A stretch of DNA of 51,506 bases, the filler included, from Stramenopiles sp. TOSAG23-6 (lineage: Eukaryota), in the NCBI GenBank assembly GCA_900128565.1. It is 2 parts of 2 records of this genome, joined end to end, with 100 filler letters (N's around TTAATTAATTAA, not from the genome) between each part and the next. Parts side by side here need not be neighbours in the genome. Positions count along the whole stretch, not along the records: positions 1 to 25,704 come from LT635992.1; 1 more part is not named here. The stretch is one strand, 5' to 3'. A model generated the notes under the pieces. That model ran no database searches. It was given only the letters and a program-made list of their open reading frames with translations, and was not told the origin of the DNA. A program made the position numbers and the translations under genes. Positions 1 to 11,441 of the stretch are shown one piece after another; position 1 is the stretch's first letter; each line of letters opens with the position of its first letter.

Positions 1-55
1 ATACGAAATTTCGTACCTAACGATTTTTTTGTTGAAATATTTTTTCACAATACTT
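1..55 (+). mobile_element. Introner-like non-canonical intron, 3' part (ends CACAATAC-TT)
   Basis: Core ATACGAAATTTCGTACCTAAC plus TTGAAATATTTTTTCACAATAC; coding frame opens right after. Confidence 0.8.
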
Positions 56-1922
56 CCGCTTTACAGTATAGAAAGTTCACTCCGGGTACAACAATATTCG
101 AAAGGAATACCAAAGGTTGCACAGCCTATTTAGTTTTGAATGGTTCAGTGAAACTTTCATTTGGTAACAGAAATATATCATATGTAGCTCCTGGCGAATG
201 TTTTGGAGAAGAAGTACGTTTCATTTCAATTTTGAATTTATTATTTTTTCAAAAAATCCTTTTAAAAACCAACAAAATATTTTGAATTTAAAATATTCTT
301 CACAATACGTGCTTTACTTACAATGAATTCAAAGAGAGAAACTGATGCCTATGCAGTTTTTAAAAACAATAAAGCGATTGAATGTCCTGAAAATGATGTA
401 AACAAAATTGTATCATTTGTGGAATGTGCGGAAATTTCAGTTGAAGATTATTTGCTGATACGTTTAGAATTGCGAAAATCAAGTCAACAATATTGTAATA
501 TTTTACAAACAAAATTTTCTTTATTTCAAAAATGGTCAAAACCACAAGTCTACCAAATAAGTAAGAAACTTCAAATAAATACTTATAAACCAGGTACAGT
601 AATTTATCGAGAAAAAGATGATGCTACAGCATTATTTTTAGTTTTTTCAGGTGAATTGAGTGGATTTTGCAAGTCAACATTTCGACAAAAAGTGTATGTT
701 TTCATTATGAATTTCATATTTGTTTGTTTTTTTCGTACTAAATTTTGTACCTAATGAAACATTTGAATTTTAAATATTTTTTCACAGTGTGAGCATTGGC
801 CAAAAGATCCAAAAAATAAAGGTAAAAATTATTCCACCCATAAAATAAGTCGATCGTTCAAGGTAGGTGCTTTTACACCTGGATTATTTTTTGGTCTTGA
901 AGGTTGTACATTTTCATCATTTGAATTTCGATTTTGTTTTGTTTTATTTTGTACCAAATTCTGTATTACCTAACGAAATTCAAATTTTTGAAATATTTTT
1001 CCACATTACTTGTAAATCTGAATTATCTCGACAAATTCAGCAGAATAAAGCAAAATATAGTACACAGGATACAGCAAACAAATTTTCTTTCAAAATGAGT
1101 AGTGAACTTTTAGAACTAATTGTGTCAGTGGATGAACTAACTGATAACCCTAACCCTAATGAAAAATTAAGAATAGAATCTGATGTAGATCAATCAACAA
1201 TGAGTTCATCATTTGAAGATAACGAATCAACCATCAGACGTGATTTTTCAGTTATTGCAAAAACAAGTGTCACAATTGCAAAATTTGATTACAAGAATTT
1301 TAAGATTCTCCCTACATCATTACTTCAGCAACTAGTCGATTTACACGATTCTCATTCGAAAAGATTAGAGATTATAAAGCACAGTACCAATCTTATACAA
1401 GAAGAAAAACGAAATAAAAAGCTTCTGCGGTTAGAATACGGTACAAAATATTGGAGTTCTAAAACTCGTGTTAAAGATTTCAGTAAAGTTGAAAAAAAAA
1501 AAAGTAATAATAAGAGAGGTTTTCGGGGTGAGATTCCTATAAATAAAATGCGTCCAATGACCTCAATTACGCCATATAGTAGTATTCGTAAGCTTAAGCA
1601 AAATAAATGTAATAAAATACGTCCAATGACGTCAATAGATCACTCTTCAAATCATTTGGAAATACTTCAATCAAAGCTGGCAATACTTCAAAACCAAGAT
1701 CTTGAAACTTCAATCAGAAAAATTCAAACAAGTCGACGTAAATTCATTTTGAAACGAAATAAAAATATGAAACAAAATATAGAAAAAAAATATACTTCTG
1801 AATGGGATGAAAAACTTAAAAATAGATCTCAATCGTCGCGTAGACGACTCATTGAAAGGAGGGGAAATTATTGGCGAAATGATGTTTTTTTTGTGGGTAC
1901 TTCAAAATCTCATGTAATTTAG
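56..1922 (+). CDS. Cyclic-nucleotide-binding (cNMP) domain protein, 5'-partial, spliced
   Basis: Exons 56-213, 311-693, 793-905, 1012-1922 give two cNMP-binding folds (KFTPGTTIFER...AYLVLNGSV...PGECFGEEALL; YKPGTVIYRE...LFLVFSGEL...PGLFFGLEG) once the repeat introns are removed. Confidence 0.75.
214..310 (+). mobile_element. Introner-like intron, GT...GT, 97 nt, degenerate core
   Basis: GTACGTTT...CACAATAC-GT; removal gives CFGEE|ALL. Confidence 0.8.
694..792 (+). mobile_element. Introner-like intron (family register GT...GA, or canonical GT-AG at 692-787)
   Basis: GTATGTTTTC, core CGTACTAAATTTTGTACCTAAT, end TTCACAGTGT; both registers keep the frame. Confidence 0.7.
906..1011 (+). mobile_element. 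Introner-like intron, GT...TT, 106 nt
   Basis: TT|GTACATTTT...TACCTAAC...CACATTAC-TT|; joins FFGLEG-C-KSEL in frame. Confidence 0.8.
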
Positions 1923-2293
1923 AAGCTTCAAAATAAAGAATTAATGAAATACTACGACTACAACAGATATTTTCAAAATATATAAATATAATTTCTTCGG
2001 TCCACGTTAACGTTACCCGGTACTTCGTTTCGGCGGTTACGTTTTTTTCTTCTTTTCCTTTTTTCNTTTTTTTCCTTTTCATTTCTCTTGTACTTTCATA
2101 CATATATAGTAAAGTCATTAGACTTACTAGATAGGCATAGTAAGTGTAAAGCCCATCCCCTTATCTAACGACTCAAAGGTAAAATAGATTGTTATTCTAC
2201 GGATTAAAACCCTTATCTTTGATCGGTGGTTTAGTCCGTTTCTTTTTGTTATAGAGGTTTAAAGCATTTTTTGCTTTAAATAAATTAAGAAAT

Positions 2294-5200
2294 ATGCTTT
2301 ACCCTGGAGCTACAGTAGACTGTACGTATGACTCGAAGTTTCGAGCAGCACGTCCAGATGAACCATACACATATCACGGACACATTACAAATATTGACGG
2401 TCCAAATATTTTCATTGATTTTGGAGCTGATGGGGTTTTTCGTTTCGAAAAATTAAGCTCAAAGAACAATACTTTAGTGGATATAGATGGTTTTGAAATA
2501 AAAGTTAAAACTCTAAATAGTCCTCTGGACAAAAGCCGACAACGTCAGTATGCACCTAAACCTTTAAAAGTAGAGAAAACGATAAAGGAGGATAAAAATA
2601 TTTTAGATTTGTTTCTTAAAACCACGGAAGATGAACTGAACCAAGAGATCAAAGTGGAACAAAGGAATACTAGGGATTTCACGATTCCAGAGCTATCTGC
2701 TTCCGTTGGCAGAGATGCTGAAAGTCCCTCTTCTACAATGGAGGATAAAAAATCACTTGCTAACTCAGGAAATCAATTACGTATATCACATAGTCCAATT
2801 TCTTTAAAATCCCAACTTCGCAGTAACTCAAAAGACATTTCCGTCGGGGATGCCATTTCAGTCTTATATTCTGAATCATTTCAACAGGAATTCCCAGGAG
2901 AGCCATACGATTATACAGGAATTGTCACGGCAATAGTTCCAGAAACTCAATTTGAAAATGGAGAACTGGTTATTGATTTTGGAGTTGAAGGAGAATTTGC
3001 ATACAAGAAAAAACGAGATTCATGTATATTTTATTTTTTTTCAAATTCGAATTTTTTTTTCGTACGAAACTTTGTACCTAACGAATTTTTTTTCAAATAT
3101 TTTTCCAAAATACATATTTCGATCCTGATGATTTCGAGGTCCGTGTGAAAATAGTCCCAAATTTATCCTCTGTCAATCAAATTTTAGTTGACGATAGAAA
3201 CTATTTTGCGACAGCAGGAAATGATACATTTAATGATTCACAAGGTTTCGCCAGTTCGCCATTTGAAAAGCAACAAAATAATAACTTAAATACAAATAGC
3301 CGACCAACCTCAAGACCTGTGCCGGGGGTCAAACCTGCGTTATGTCGCCGACCAGTTCAATTTGCTTCATTTGAAGAGGGAAAACGACTTCAGCGAGTTC
3401 CGGCAAATGATTCAAGTTCGGGAAATCCAGGTTCACTTGGTGATATGACGTATGCAATGTCTGAATTATCGAAAATGGAAATTCCAAATTGGAGGGATCA
3501 TTGTGATGCACTGAAGGAAGGAAAATGGCAGGGAAAACGAGCAGCTTTGGTTGCTATTCAAGAACAATGTGAACGGATGGGACCTAATATTGACAAATTT
3601 CACAGAGGCGTTTCTTCATTTTGTTATCAATTGACGAAAAAATTCACTGAGCGGAATTTTAACGTTATTGCTTCTGCAATCGATGTAATAACAGTAATAG
3701 CAATGGCAGGCAATGATAAACACAAGAAATTTCCTAGAGGTATTGCTGCTCTTATAATGCCAATACTTCTAAAACAGGTAGGAGATCGAAGAATTGGTGC
3801 TTCTATAAAATCACTTGCAGGTATCATTGGAGAGTGTTGCGGTGTAAAATGGATGATTCGTTTAATAACTGATACTAGTAAAAAGAAAAGCTTTAAAGAT
3901 CCAAAGGCACTTGCAGCTGTCCTCGATATAATTGCAACGTCATCCACTGAATTTGGTCCTAATGCCGTTGACCTTGATGCTGTTGTAAAATATGTATCAG
4001 GTCCGAAAGGAGTTGCACATCACCAAGGTCGTGTTGTAAATGGAGCGGCGGTAAAAGCATTAGGAGTTTTATATACCCTGGTAGGTCAACCAGTAAAAGA
4101 CATTCTTGAAGAAATGCAAACTTCGAATAAGATTATGAAACAGTTGAAAACTGCTTTTGAGGCTGGAGATGTTAATGCCAAAATAAAAGGAGGATTTACT
4201 CCAATAAACCGCAATAAATCATTAAATAAAAGTCTGAATGCTTCTAAACATAAGTCACCAAAGAAAAGTCACAGTCAACTTAGACGCTCTCTATCGAATC
4301 AGAGAAATAGTCCTACAAAACGCGGAGGTAGTTTTCTGGGATCAACACTTACTAGTTCTACTTCCAACAATTCCAATAGTACACCAGAAGAAGAAGAAAA
4401 GGCATCACAAAATGATGATATTGAGCGTATGGATATTTCACCATTTATTACAGATGATTTACTAAAGAATTTACTCGACTTCTCGAAAACGGATTCTTGG
4501 AAGCAGAGAAAGTTAGGGCTTGAAGAGTGTCATGAAATTATGACAAAAAGAGCCAAATATAGAATTATTGTAAATCGAACACTAGAAAAACTTATCAAAA
4601 TTTTAAAAGACCGTTCACTAGAAAAAAATGCAACACTTAAAATTAAAGCTCTGAAAATAATTGGCATTTTAGGATTGTCAATTGAACGGAATCATCCAAG
4701 ACGCAGTGAAATGACTCGATGGCTTGCACCTGCAATCGTAGAAACATTTGCAGACAAAAAGAGAGCTACTCTCGCAGCGGGAATATCGGCACTAAGTAGA
4801 TGGTCTTCTGGTCGATTTGGATTGTCAGGAATATTACCATCGACATGTGCATCTTTAGTAGACAAACCTGTCTCCCGTCCAGCTTTACTTGCATGGTTAT
4901 TAATACATATTCCAAAGGCAACCTCTGCTGGACATATCGATGGTACTCGCATGACAAAGTTATTAGTGAAACCATTGCTAATTTGTATGAACGACAAAAT
5001 GAAAGTGGTACAAAAACAAGCCGCAAGTGTCCTCGTAGAAGTTATTCGAGCTGATAAGTCTCACGCGAGACTCGCTGTTTCTGAAGCAGCGAGTAAATTC
5101 TCAAAAGCGATACAAAGGAGTATCGATATTGTTTTAGAACGTGTAGATACTGCTGTGGAATCGGGGAAATCTTTTAATTCGGTTGATCAGCAAGCAGCAA

Positions 5201-8200
5201 AAAAAGCTAGTGCTAAGTGGGGATCTACAAGGAAAGTTTTAGGTACCCGAAGAAAACTTTCCGGTGGTCGACGACGTATGGCTAGCCCTGTTGCCAGATC
5301 AGGAAGAACTGGGCTCCAAAAATCGTCCAAAAAAAAGGCTGATGATGTCATTACATTAGTATCTTCTCTGGATGCTTCATCTAAAATTGCTAGTATTGGT
5401 ATTCTTGACTGGAAAAAGCACAGTAATGTCTCAAAAGATAGTACGTGGCAGGAAAAGAAGGATGCTTTAACTGCTATTTGTAATTACTGTTCAAACGGTG
5501 AATCAAACGTAGAAAAAAATGTACATCCAATATATTGTTATTGTTATTATTTAACAAATAATTTCGTAGAAACAAATTTTAATGTTAATTTGAGTATGTT
5601 TCAGTTAATGATTTTACTAGCTAAAAAGAGCAAAGGCACATTCGCGAAAGGACATGCCAAGTTAATCATACCATTCTTAGTGAATAAACTCGGAGAACAA
5701 ATGGTTGCAGCGAAGGCTACTGAGCTAATCTTGATGCTTTCAACACGATGTGGTGCCAAATACATTATTGGTCTAATACTTGAAGCTGTAAGTTCAATAG
5801 ATACTTCTCTAATCCAAATAGCTGTTCTACGGTTGTTTGAAGTCATGATTTCAACTGTGGGAATTCGAACGTTTAATGTTGCAGCGGTAACAAGGCACGC
5901 GTCTGGGACGAAAGGAATGAGTAGTGATGTTAAAAGTGTTGTAAAAGCAGCATCAGTGATGTTGCAAGCCTTATACAAGCAACTTGGACCTCCGCTTGTT
6001 AACCTATTGCGCGCAGTTGAGGCAAGTAATGACGTCATAGAAAAGTTAGAAGCATCTTTTGATGTTTGCGGTTATGACATTAATGCATCTGCTGCAAACA
6101 CTAGTGTCATTCCCGAAGCATTAGCTGCAGCTGCCGCATCTTCACGAAATTCGCGCAGGCAGAATGTTGTTAATGTTTCATTTGATGATGCACCCCGTGC
6201 AGATATATCACAATACGTAACCCCCGAATTAATGGCTCTACTATCTGCCCAGGAGAGAAAAGATTCCTGGATCCAACGCAAACAAGGTTTGGATCAAATT
6301 GAGTCTATAATATTTGAACAGGCTCAACAGCGAATATCAATGAGCCCAGCAACAGAGAAGCTGATTCGATCACTTGCGGATAGAGCGCGCGAGAAAAATT
6401 TATCATTAAAATTACAGGCTTTGAAATTGCTTGCAGCTTTAGGAGGGGCAATTGATTCAGCACAATTACCTAGATTTAGCCCTGTGGTTGTTCCTCCAAT
6501 GATAGATGCACTCGCAGATAACAAAGTTAATGCTCGACGAGCTGGATTTGAAGCTCTTGAAGCTTGGTCAATTCCCCGAGACGGGCCTTATCAAGGGCGT
6601 TCTTATGGCTTTGCTTCCATAGTACCAAAGGTTAGAGGGCCACTAGTGAATAAGCCTACAGTGCGACCTGAATTATTAGCTTGGCTGTTGAAACATATTC
6701 CTGTGGCTGCATCTACGGGACTCATTGACAGTGCTCGTCTAACGAAACAATTAGTGAAACCATTGGTAGCATGTATGCAGGATAAAAAGAAAGTTGTCCA
6801 GAAACAGGCCGCAAGTGTCCTCATTGAAGTTGTACGAGCGGATCCTTCACGAGCAAGTTTTGCCTTGAGTGCTGCTGTCAGCAAGTTACCTCGAGCCGTG
6901 CAACGAGGTTTGCAGACAGATTTAGATAGAATACACACAGAAGGTAGAGCTGCCCTAAATAATGGAGAAGTGGGCACATCTCAGTCAAATCAAAAGGCAG
7001 TAACCGCACCACCTAAATTGAGACGTCATCGTAGTAGGAGCCTCGGTGGACGTAATAATGGAATAGAAGGTAAAGATGTTTTGGCTGTTGCTTTAGGTGG
7101 CGCTCTGAGCGGATATGCTGATGGTGATGAGAGATTTGATATTTCATTTCAACTGCGGCCTGAACTTATTGCTCAGATGCAAGATTGTACTGATAGAAAT
7201 AGTTGGACGGAAAGAAGAGATGCAATGATTGAGTTGGATAAAATATTAAAGAAAGCACATGCCTCTGGAGGGATATGTTTGACTAGAAAAGTTGCCGAAG
7301 TTCTTCGAGTACTGAAAGCTCGATGCTTAGAAAAGAATATGTTGTTGAGGGTTAAAGCATTACAATTAACAGCAGGATTTGGTCGATGTATTTCGCTTGA
7401 TCGAAGAAAAAAAGTTGTTGCTATTTGCACTCCTTCGATATGTGAAGCTGTCGCTGACATGAAGGCTTCAGTGAGGGATGCTGCCCTTGATGCACTTGAA
7501 GCATGGACAGTTGATGGAAATAATTCACCTGTCTGTCTCGGAGATATTCTCCCATGTGTGTGTGAGCCACTTCGAAAAAGGCCTGCCACACGTGGAGAGT
7601 TATTGCATTGGTGTCTTCATTGGTTACCTATTGCAATACGCCTGGAACGGGAACGTCTCAACATTGCACGGATTTGTAAAATCATGATAAAACCATTAGT
7701 TGTCTGCATGGAAGATAGATCGAAGGTTATAAATAGACAAGCTGCAAGTGTTTTAGTACATCTCATTAGAGCCGAACCCGTAGTTGGTAGATTATCACTC
7801 GCCACAGCAACAGCTAATATGAAGTCAGCAGTGTCTATGGCATTGCAACCTATGATGGGTGAAGTCCTCCGTATGGCATCGATACCATCAAGTGGAGATC
7901 CAAGTGAAGATGTACCAGCATTTGATACTCCACCACCCGTGAGAAAAAGACCTGGAGCATGGTCAAATGGAATCAGCCGTGTCAGACAAAAACTGGTAGA
8001 CGCAAGAGAAGGTGGTAGTCAACATAAATACGCGGCTGCGGCATCAGCTGCACGAAAAGCTTCCCGTCGGACGCGAGCAGCATCATCAAGAAACACGATT
8101 CGTAGAGCTCGAACTCGCTCAGCAGCGGCATCGGCAGCACAACGACGACGTTCACAAAAGAAGCGACGCTCACCGCTCAGAGGGCACCGTGGTCGCAAAA

Positions 8201-8619
8201 ATTCTGATTCTACTTCACCTTTTAGAATTGAAAATTTAAGTCCTAAGGTTTCCATTAAAACAGAAATGTCTAAACCAGATGATGTTTCTGATGTAGTAGA
8301 TATGTTGAGTGCAAAGGCAGAGATTGCTAGGTATAGACAAATGTTGAAGTCTTCACTTCGGCTATCCATGTCCACATCAGATATTGAAGACACGAAAAAG
8401 CATGAAAGAAAGACGAATGAAGAAAGCCCAACAAGACCAATATCTGACCCTTCTGGGTTTTTAATGGGTGTTGATCAAAATCTATTACAAGGTTTGAAAG
8501 GTGCTCAAAAAACTTCACCTCCACCAAAGAATAGTAGGGAGTCTCCGAAACAATTTTTAAAAAAGCCGAGAAGTCCACCTGGTAAATTAAAGCCATTGGT
8601 TGAAACAAAATCAAAATGA
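2294..8619 (+). CDS. Large TOG/HEAT-repeat protein (XMAP215/CKAP5/MOR1-related domains) with two N-terminal Tudor/SH3-like repeats
   Basis: ORFs 2294-3148 and 3145-8619 join across intron 3024-3115; TOG motifs KWQGKRAAL/ERNFNV, TWQEKKDAL/ETNFNV, DIS..IT..L...SWKQRK.GL. Confidence 0.75.
3024..3115 (+). mobile_element. Introner-like intron, GT...AT, 92 nt
   Basis: AT|GTATATTTT...CGTACGAAACTTTGTACCTAAC...CAAAATAC-AT|; fuses the two ORFs (RDS-Y-FDPDDFEV). Confidence 0.85.
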
Positions 8620-8684
8620 AGAAATAAAAAACAGTCTTACTTAAAATTATTTATTTTTTATATCATTTCAATGATCATTAGAAT

Positions 8685-11123
8685 TTAAAAACTAGAAATT
8701 GCAGAAAGTTCAAGTCTTTGACGATTCATCATTTCTATTGCAGCTGATCGATATTGACAAACAAGAGATTTCTGCGTAATATTACTCTTGTTTTGAACAT
8801 TTGATAGAAAATTTGCCCTACGATTTCGTTTTCGGTAATGCATGAGATCTCTACAAGCTGTGCGAAAGATAGACATCTTCCCTGAGATATTTTGTTTCAT
8901 CTGTTCATCAAATGAAGAACGTAAATTTTCCTGTTCAATCGCATGCTTGTAGGTTATTTGTTTAATTTGTTCACCATTACACTCTGAATGACTGATACTA
9001 ACACTTTTAAAAGGAGTCTTAAAATCGATATCATTATAACAGGCATGAGAAAATATCTTACAAGTAACACCGTCTATATTATTTTGTGAGTACTTTTTTG
9101 TTGTATTCAGCGATGCATTGTCCATTTTTTTTCGATACGTCTCTACATCAATAAACTCCATCTTTTTTCTCTGTTTTCGTATTTCTTTTAATTTATTTTG
9201 ATGAGAAGTTTGCAAAGATTTCGCGATATTCAATGCAACTTCTTTTAGAGATCTTACATCACCAACTGAGTTATTATATGGTAGAAATTTATTGGACAGT
9301 TCAATTTGAGATATATTATTTTCGCAAATCTCCTCAATGATAGGCAGTGCTACATGTTTTGACTTTTCTGTATTGGATGGATGTAGTGGTCTTGCTGTTG
9401 ATATTTTATCTGGAAGGCAATCAGGAGATACCATTGTGTTACGTATCGACACTCCTGAAATTGGAGTGTGTATTGTATTGAGATTGGATTGTTGAGGAGT
9501 ATTGAATGAGTCATTTAGAACCTTACGAGTAGGCTTTGGTGTAGCATTTAATGCAGAATGAGATAATATTGGAGTAGGCGGTGGCATCAAAGTATGTGGT
9601 CGAGGAGTGCTGGGGATGGAGTTCATTTCACAGGAGTTTATCGTAGATTTTTTATCTTTACAAAAGTGATGCAATTTTCGCCTTAACTTTGGATTTGAAA
9701 ATAGACAACGGGCAACAACAATAGCATCGTCATTGCGTTTCCTTTTCTTGATTTCTTTAGTAGTGAAAGTGCAGTGTTTTGACCCTGATACACGTCGGAC
9801 TTTATTATCTTTTGGAAAAATTTCATTCGTTGCCATTTTAGGGGCACTTCGTTTATTTGTCTTTTTATTTCGCATTTGTTGACGGAACCGACGACTTTTT
9901 CGGTTTTCTTCTAATGGCTTATCTAAAGGTGAAGTTGCTTTTACCGAGGGAGTTGAGTGTATTGCATTTGTAACAACATCTGGTGGTGAAGAATTTCGTT
10001 TTGGAGGTTTTGTTGCTGTTTTTTCGAAGGATTCCAGAGGATCACTTTGGATTTCTTTACTAGATTTCACAAAATTTTCTGTTTTTGGATTCGTCTGTAT
10101 TTTCTTCTTTGACTTTTGTGGTCGTGTAGATACTTTCCGTTGTATTGTTGATGTCTTTACAACTTGTGTTGGATTTTGTACAGATGTTGTTGTTTGAGAA
10201 ATAAACTGACTTTTTACACGAGTTTTTCGTTTGGTTCTCGTTTTCGTAACTAAAGAATTTTGACACATTCTTCGCCGTAATCGACATATTTTAACATGCT
10301 TTGACGTAAATCGAAGACCTAATGCACGGTATGTTTCGTCTAGAAGTTCGCCACTCTTTTTTTCTTTCAAAAGTGAACGATATAGCTTTTCGCACTGATT
10401 TCCTGTACGCCCAGGAATATGAAGAGAAAATAATCCCCATTTTGCACTGTCCTCAATGATGACTTTATCGACTGTATCGAAACGAACAATTGGATCCCAT
10501 GGTGGACGAGTTACCATTATTGCTTTAAATAATTCAATTTCATCATTTGTCCACTGAGCTGTTATCATACGTTCTCCTGGAGGGCAATATCGTTGATAGT
10601 AAAAGTTTGGATCTTCAGATAGCTTCTCCCAGGCGTTGCGACGTGTCGAGTTCCAACTGAGATGACATGGCGTTACTAGTTTCGATGGTAAACAAGATAA
10701 TTTTGTGGATTTTGGCGTTGTATTTCGAGTTTTAGACGTAGACGTGTGAGGTATTGGTGACTTTGAGCTTTCACGAAGACGTGTGCTCGGGGAGTTTTTT
10801 TTCATACTTGGAATTTCTACCTTCAAGTCTGATGAACCGCTTACAACAGAAGCCAAACTATTGGTATGACTTGTGATGACGTTGACTGATTGTTCATTCA
10901 ATTGTTTTTTCTCAGATTTTGCACTATGTCCTGTTAAGGTTTTCACATTCGTGCTCTTGCCCTTGGCTTCATTTTCTTTGTTTTCACTCAGAGACATTGC
11001 TACGGAAGGATCTCTGTTTTTACCTTTCAAAGTTACTAGCCTGGTATTCGAATTGGCCCTGGATACAGCACTCATCTGCATCGCATACGCAATTTGCTGC
11101 CTTTCAGTCATGCGAGGAAACAT
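8685..11123 (-). CDS. Myb/SANT-like domain protein with N-terminal UIM-like motif
   Basis: 812-aa ORF; QWTNDEIELF...KWGLFSLHIPGRTGNQCEKLYR is Myb-like; TERQQIAYAMQMS resembles a ubiquitin-interacting motif. Confidence 0.6.
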   Translation of the reverse strand: MFPRMTERQQIAYAMQMSAVSRANSNTRLVTLKGKNRDPSVAMSLSENKENEAKGKSTNVKTLTGHSAKSEKKQLNEQSVNVITSHTNSLASVVSGSSDLKVEIPSMKKNSPSTRLRESSKSPIPHTSTSKTRNTTPKSTKLSCLPSKLVTPCHLSWNSTRRNAWEKLSEDPNFYYQRYCPPGERMITAQWTNDEIELFKAIMVTRPPWDPIVRFDTVDKVIIEDSAKWGLFSLHIPGRTGNQCEKLYRSLLKEKKSGELLDETYRALGLRFTSKHVKICRLRRRMCQNSLVTKTRTKRKTRVKSQFISQTTTSVQNPTQVVKTSTIQRKVSTRPQKSKKKIQTNPKTENFVKSSKEIQSDPLESFEKTATKPPKRNSSPPDVVTNAIHSTPSVKATSPLDKPLEENRKSRRFRQQMRNKKTNKRSAPKMATNEIFPKDNKVRRVSGSKHCTFTTKEIKKRKRNDDAIVVARCLFSNPKLRRKLHHFCKDKKSTINSCEMNSIPSTPRPHTLMPPPTPILSHSALNATPKPTRKVLNDSFNTPQQSNLNTIHTPISGVSIRNTMVSPDCLPDKISTARPLHPSNTEKSKHVALPIIEEICENNISQIELSNKFLPYNNSVGDVRSLKEVALNIAKSLQTSHQNKLKEIRKQRKKMEFIDVETYRKKMDNASLNTTKKYSQNNIDGVTCKIFSHACYNDIDFKTPFKSVSISHSECNGEQIKQITYKHAIEQENLRSSFDEQMKQNISGKMSIFRTACRDLMHYRKRNRRANFLSNVQNKSNITQKSLVCQYRSAAIEMMNRQRLELSAISSF

Positions 11124-11441
11124 TTTTACAATTACCGTATAGGGGGCGGGACGTTCTCTTTTTTATATAAAGATTTATATATAGAACTTACATACACAAA
11201 GGAGATCAAGTAGAAGAAAAATGAAAAGGGCGCCAAAATATTTGGAAAAAGGCGCGTAAAAAAACATTCAAAAAAGAACACGAAATATCAGAAATTCAAA
11301 AAAAAGAAAATTTCCTGATTTAGATTATGAAATATCTTATTTCTCTGATGCTAATGTATTGACATTTTTCAAAGAATATACTCCTTATTACAACAAAGAA
11401 TTATATACTGTTTATGATTATATTTATTTTTTAAATTTTTT

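Noticed and set aside
3329-8614. Many short antisense or overlapping ORFs (also within 26356-35226 and 46858-50955)
   Set aside because: Shadows of long coding frames with no recognisable motifs
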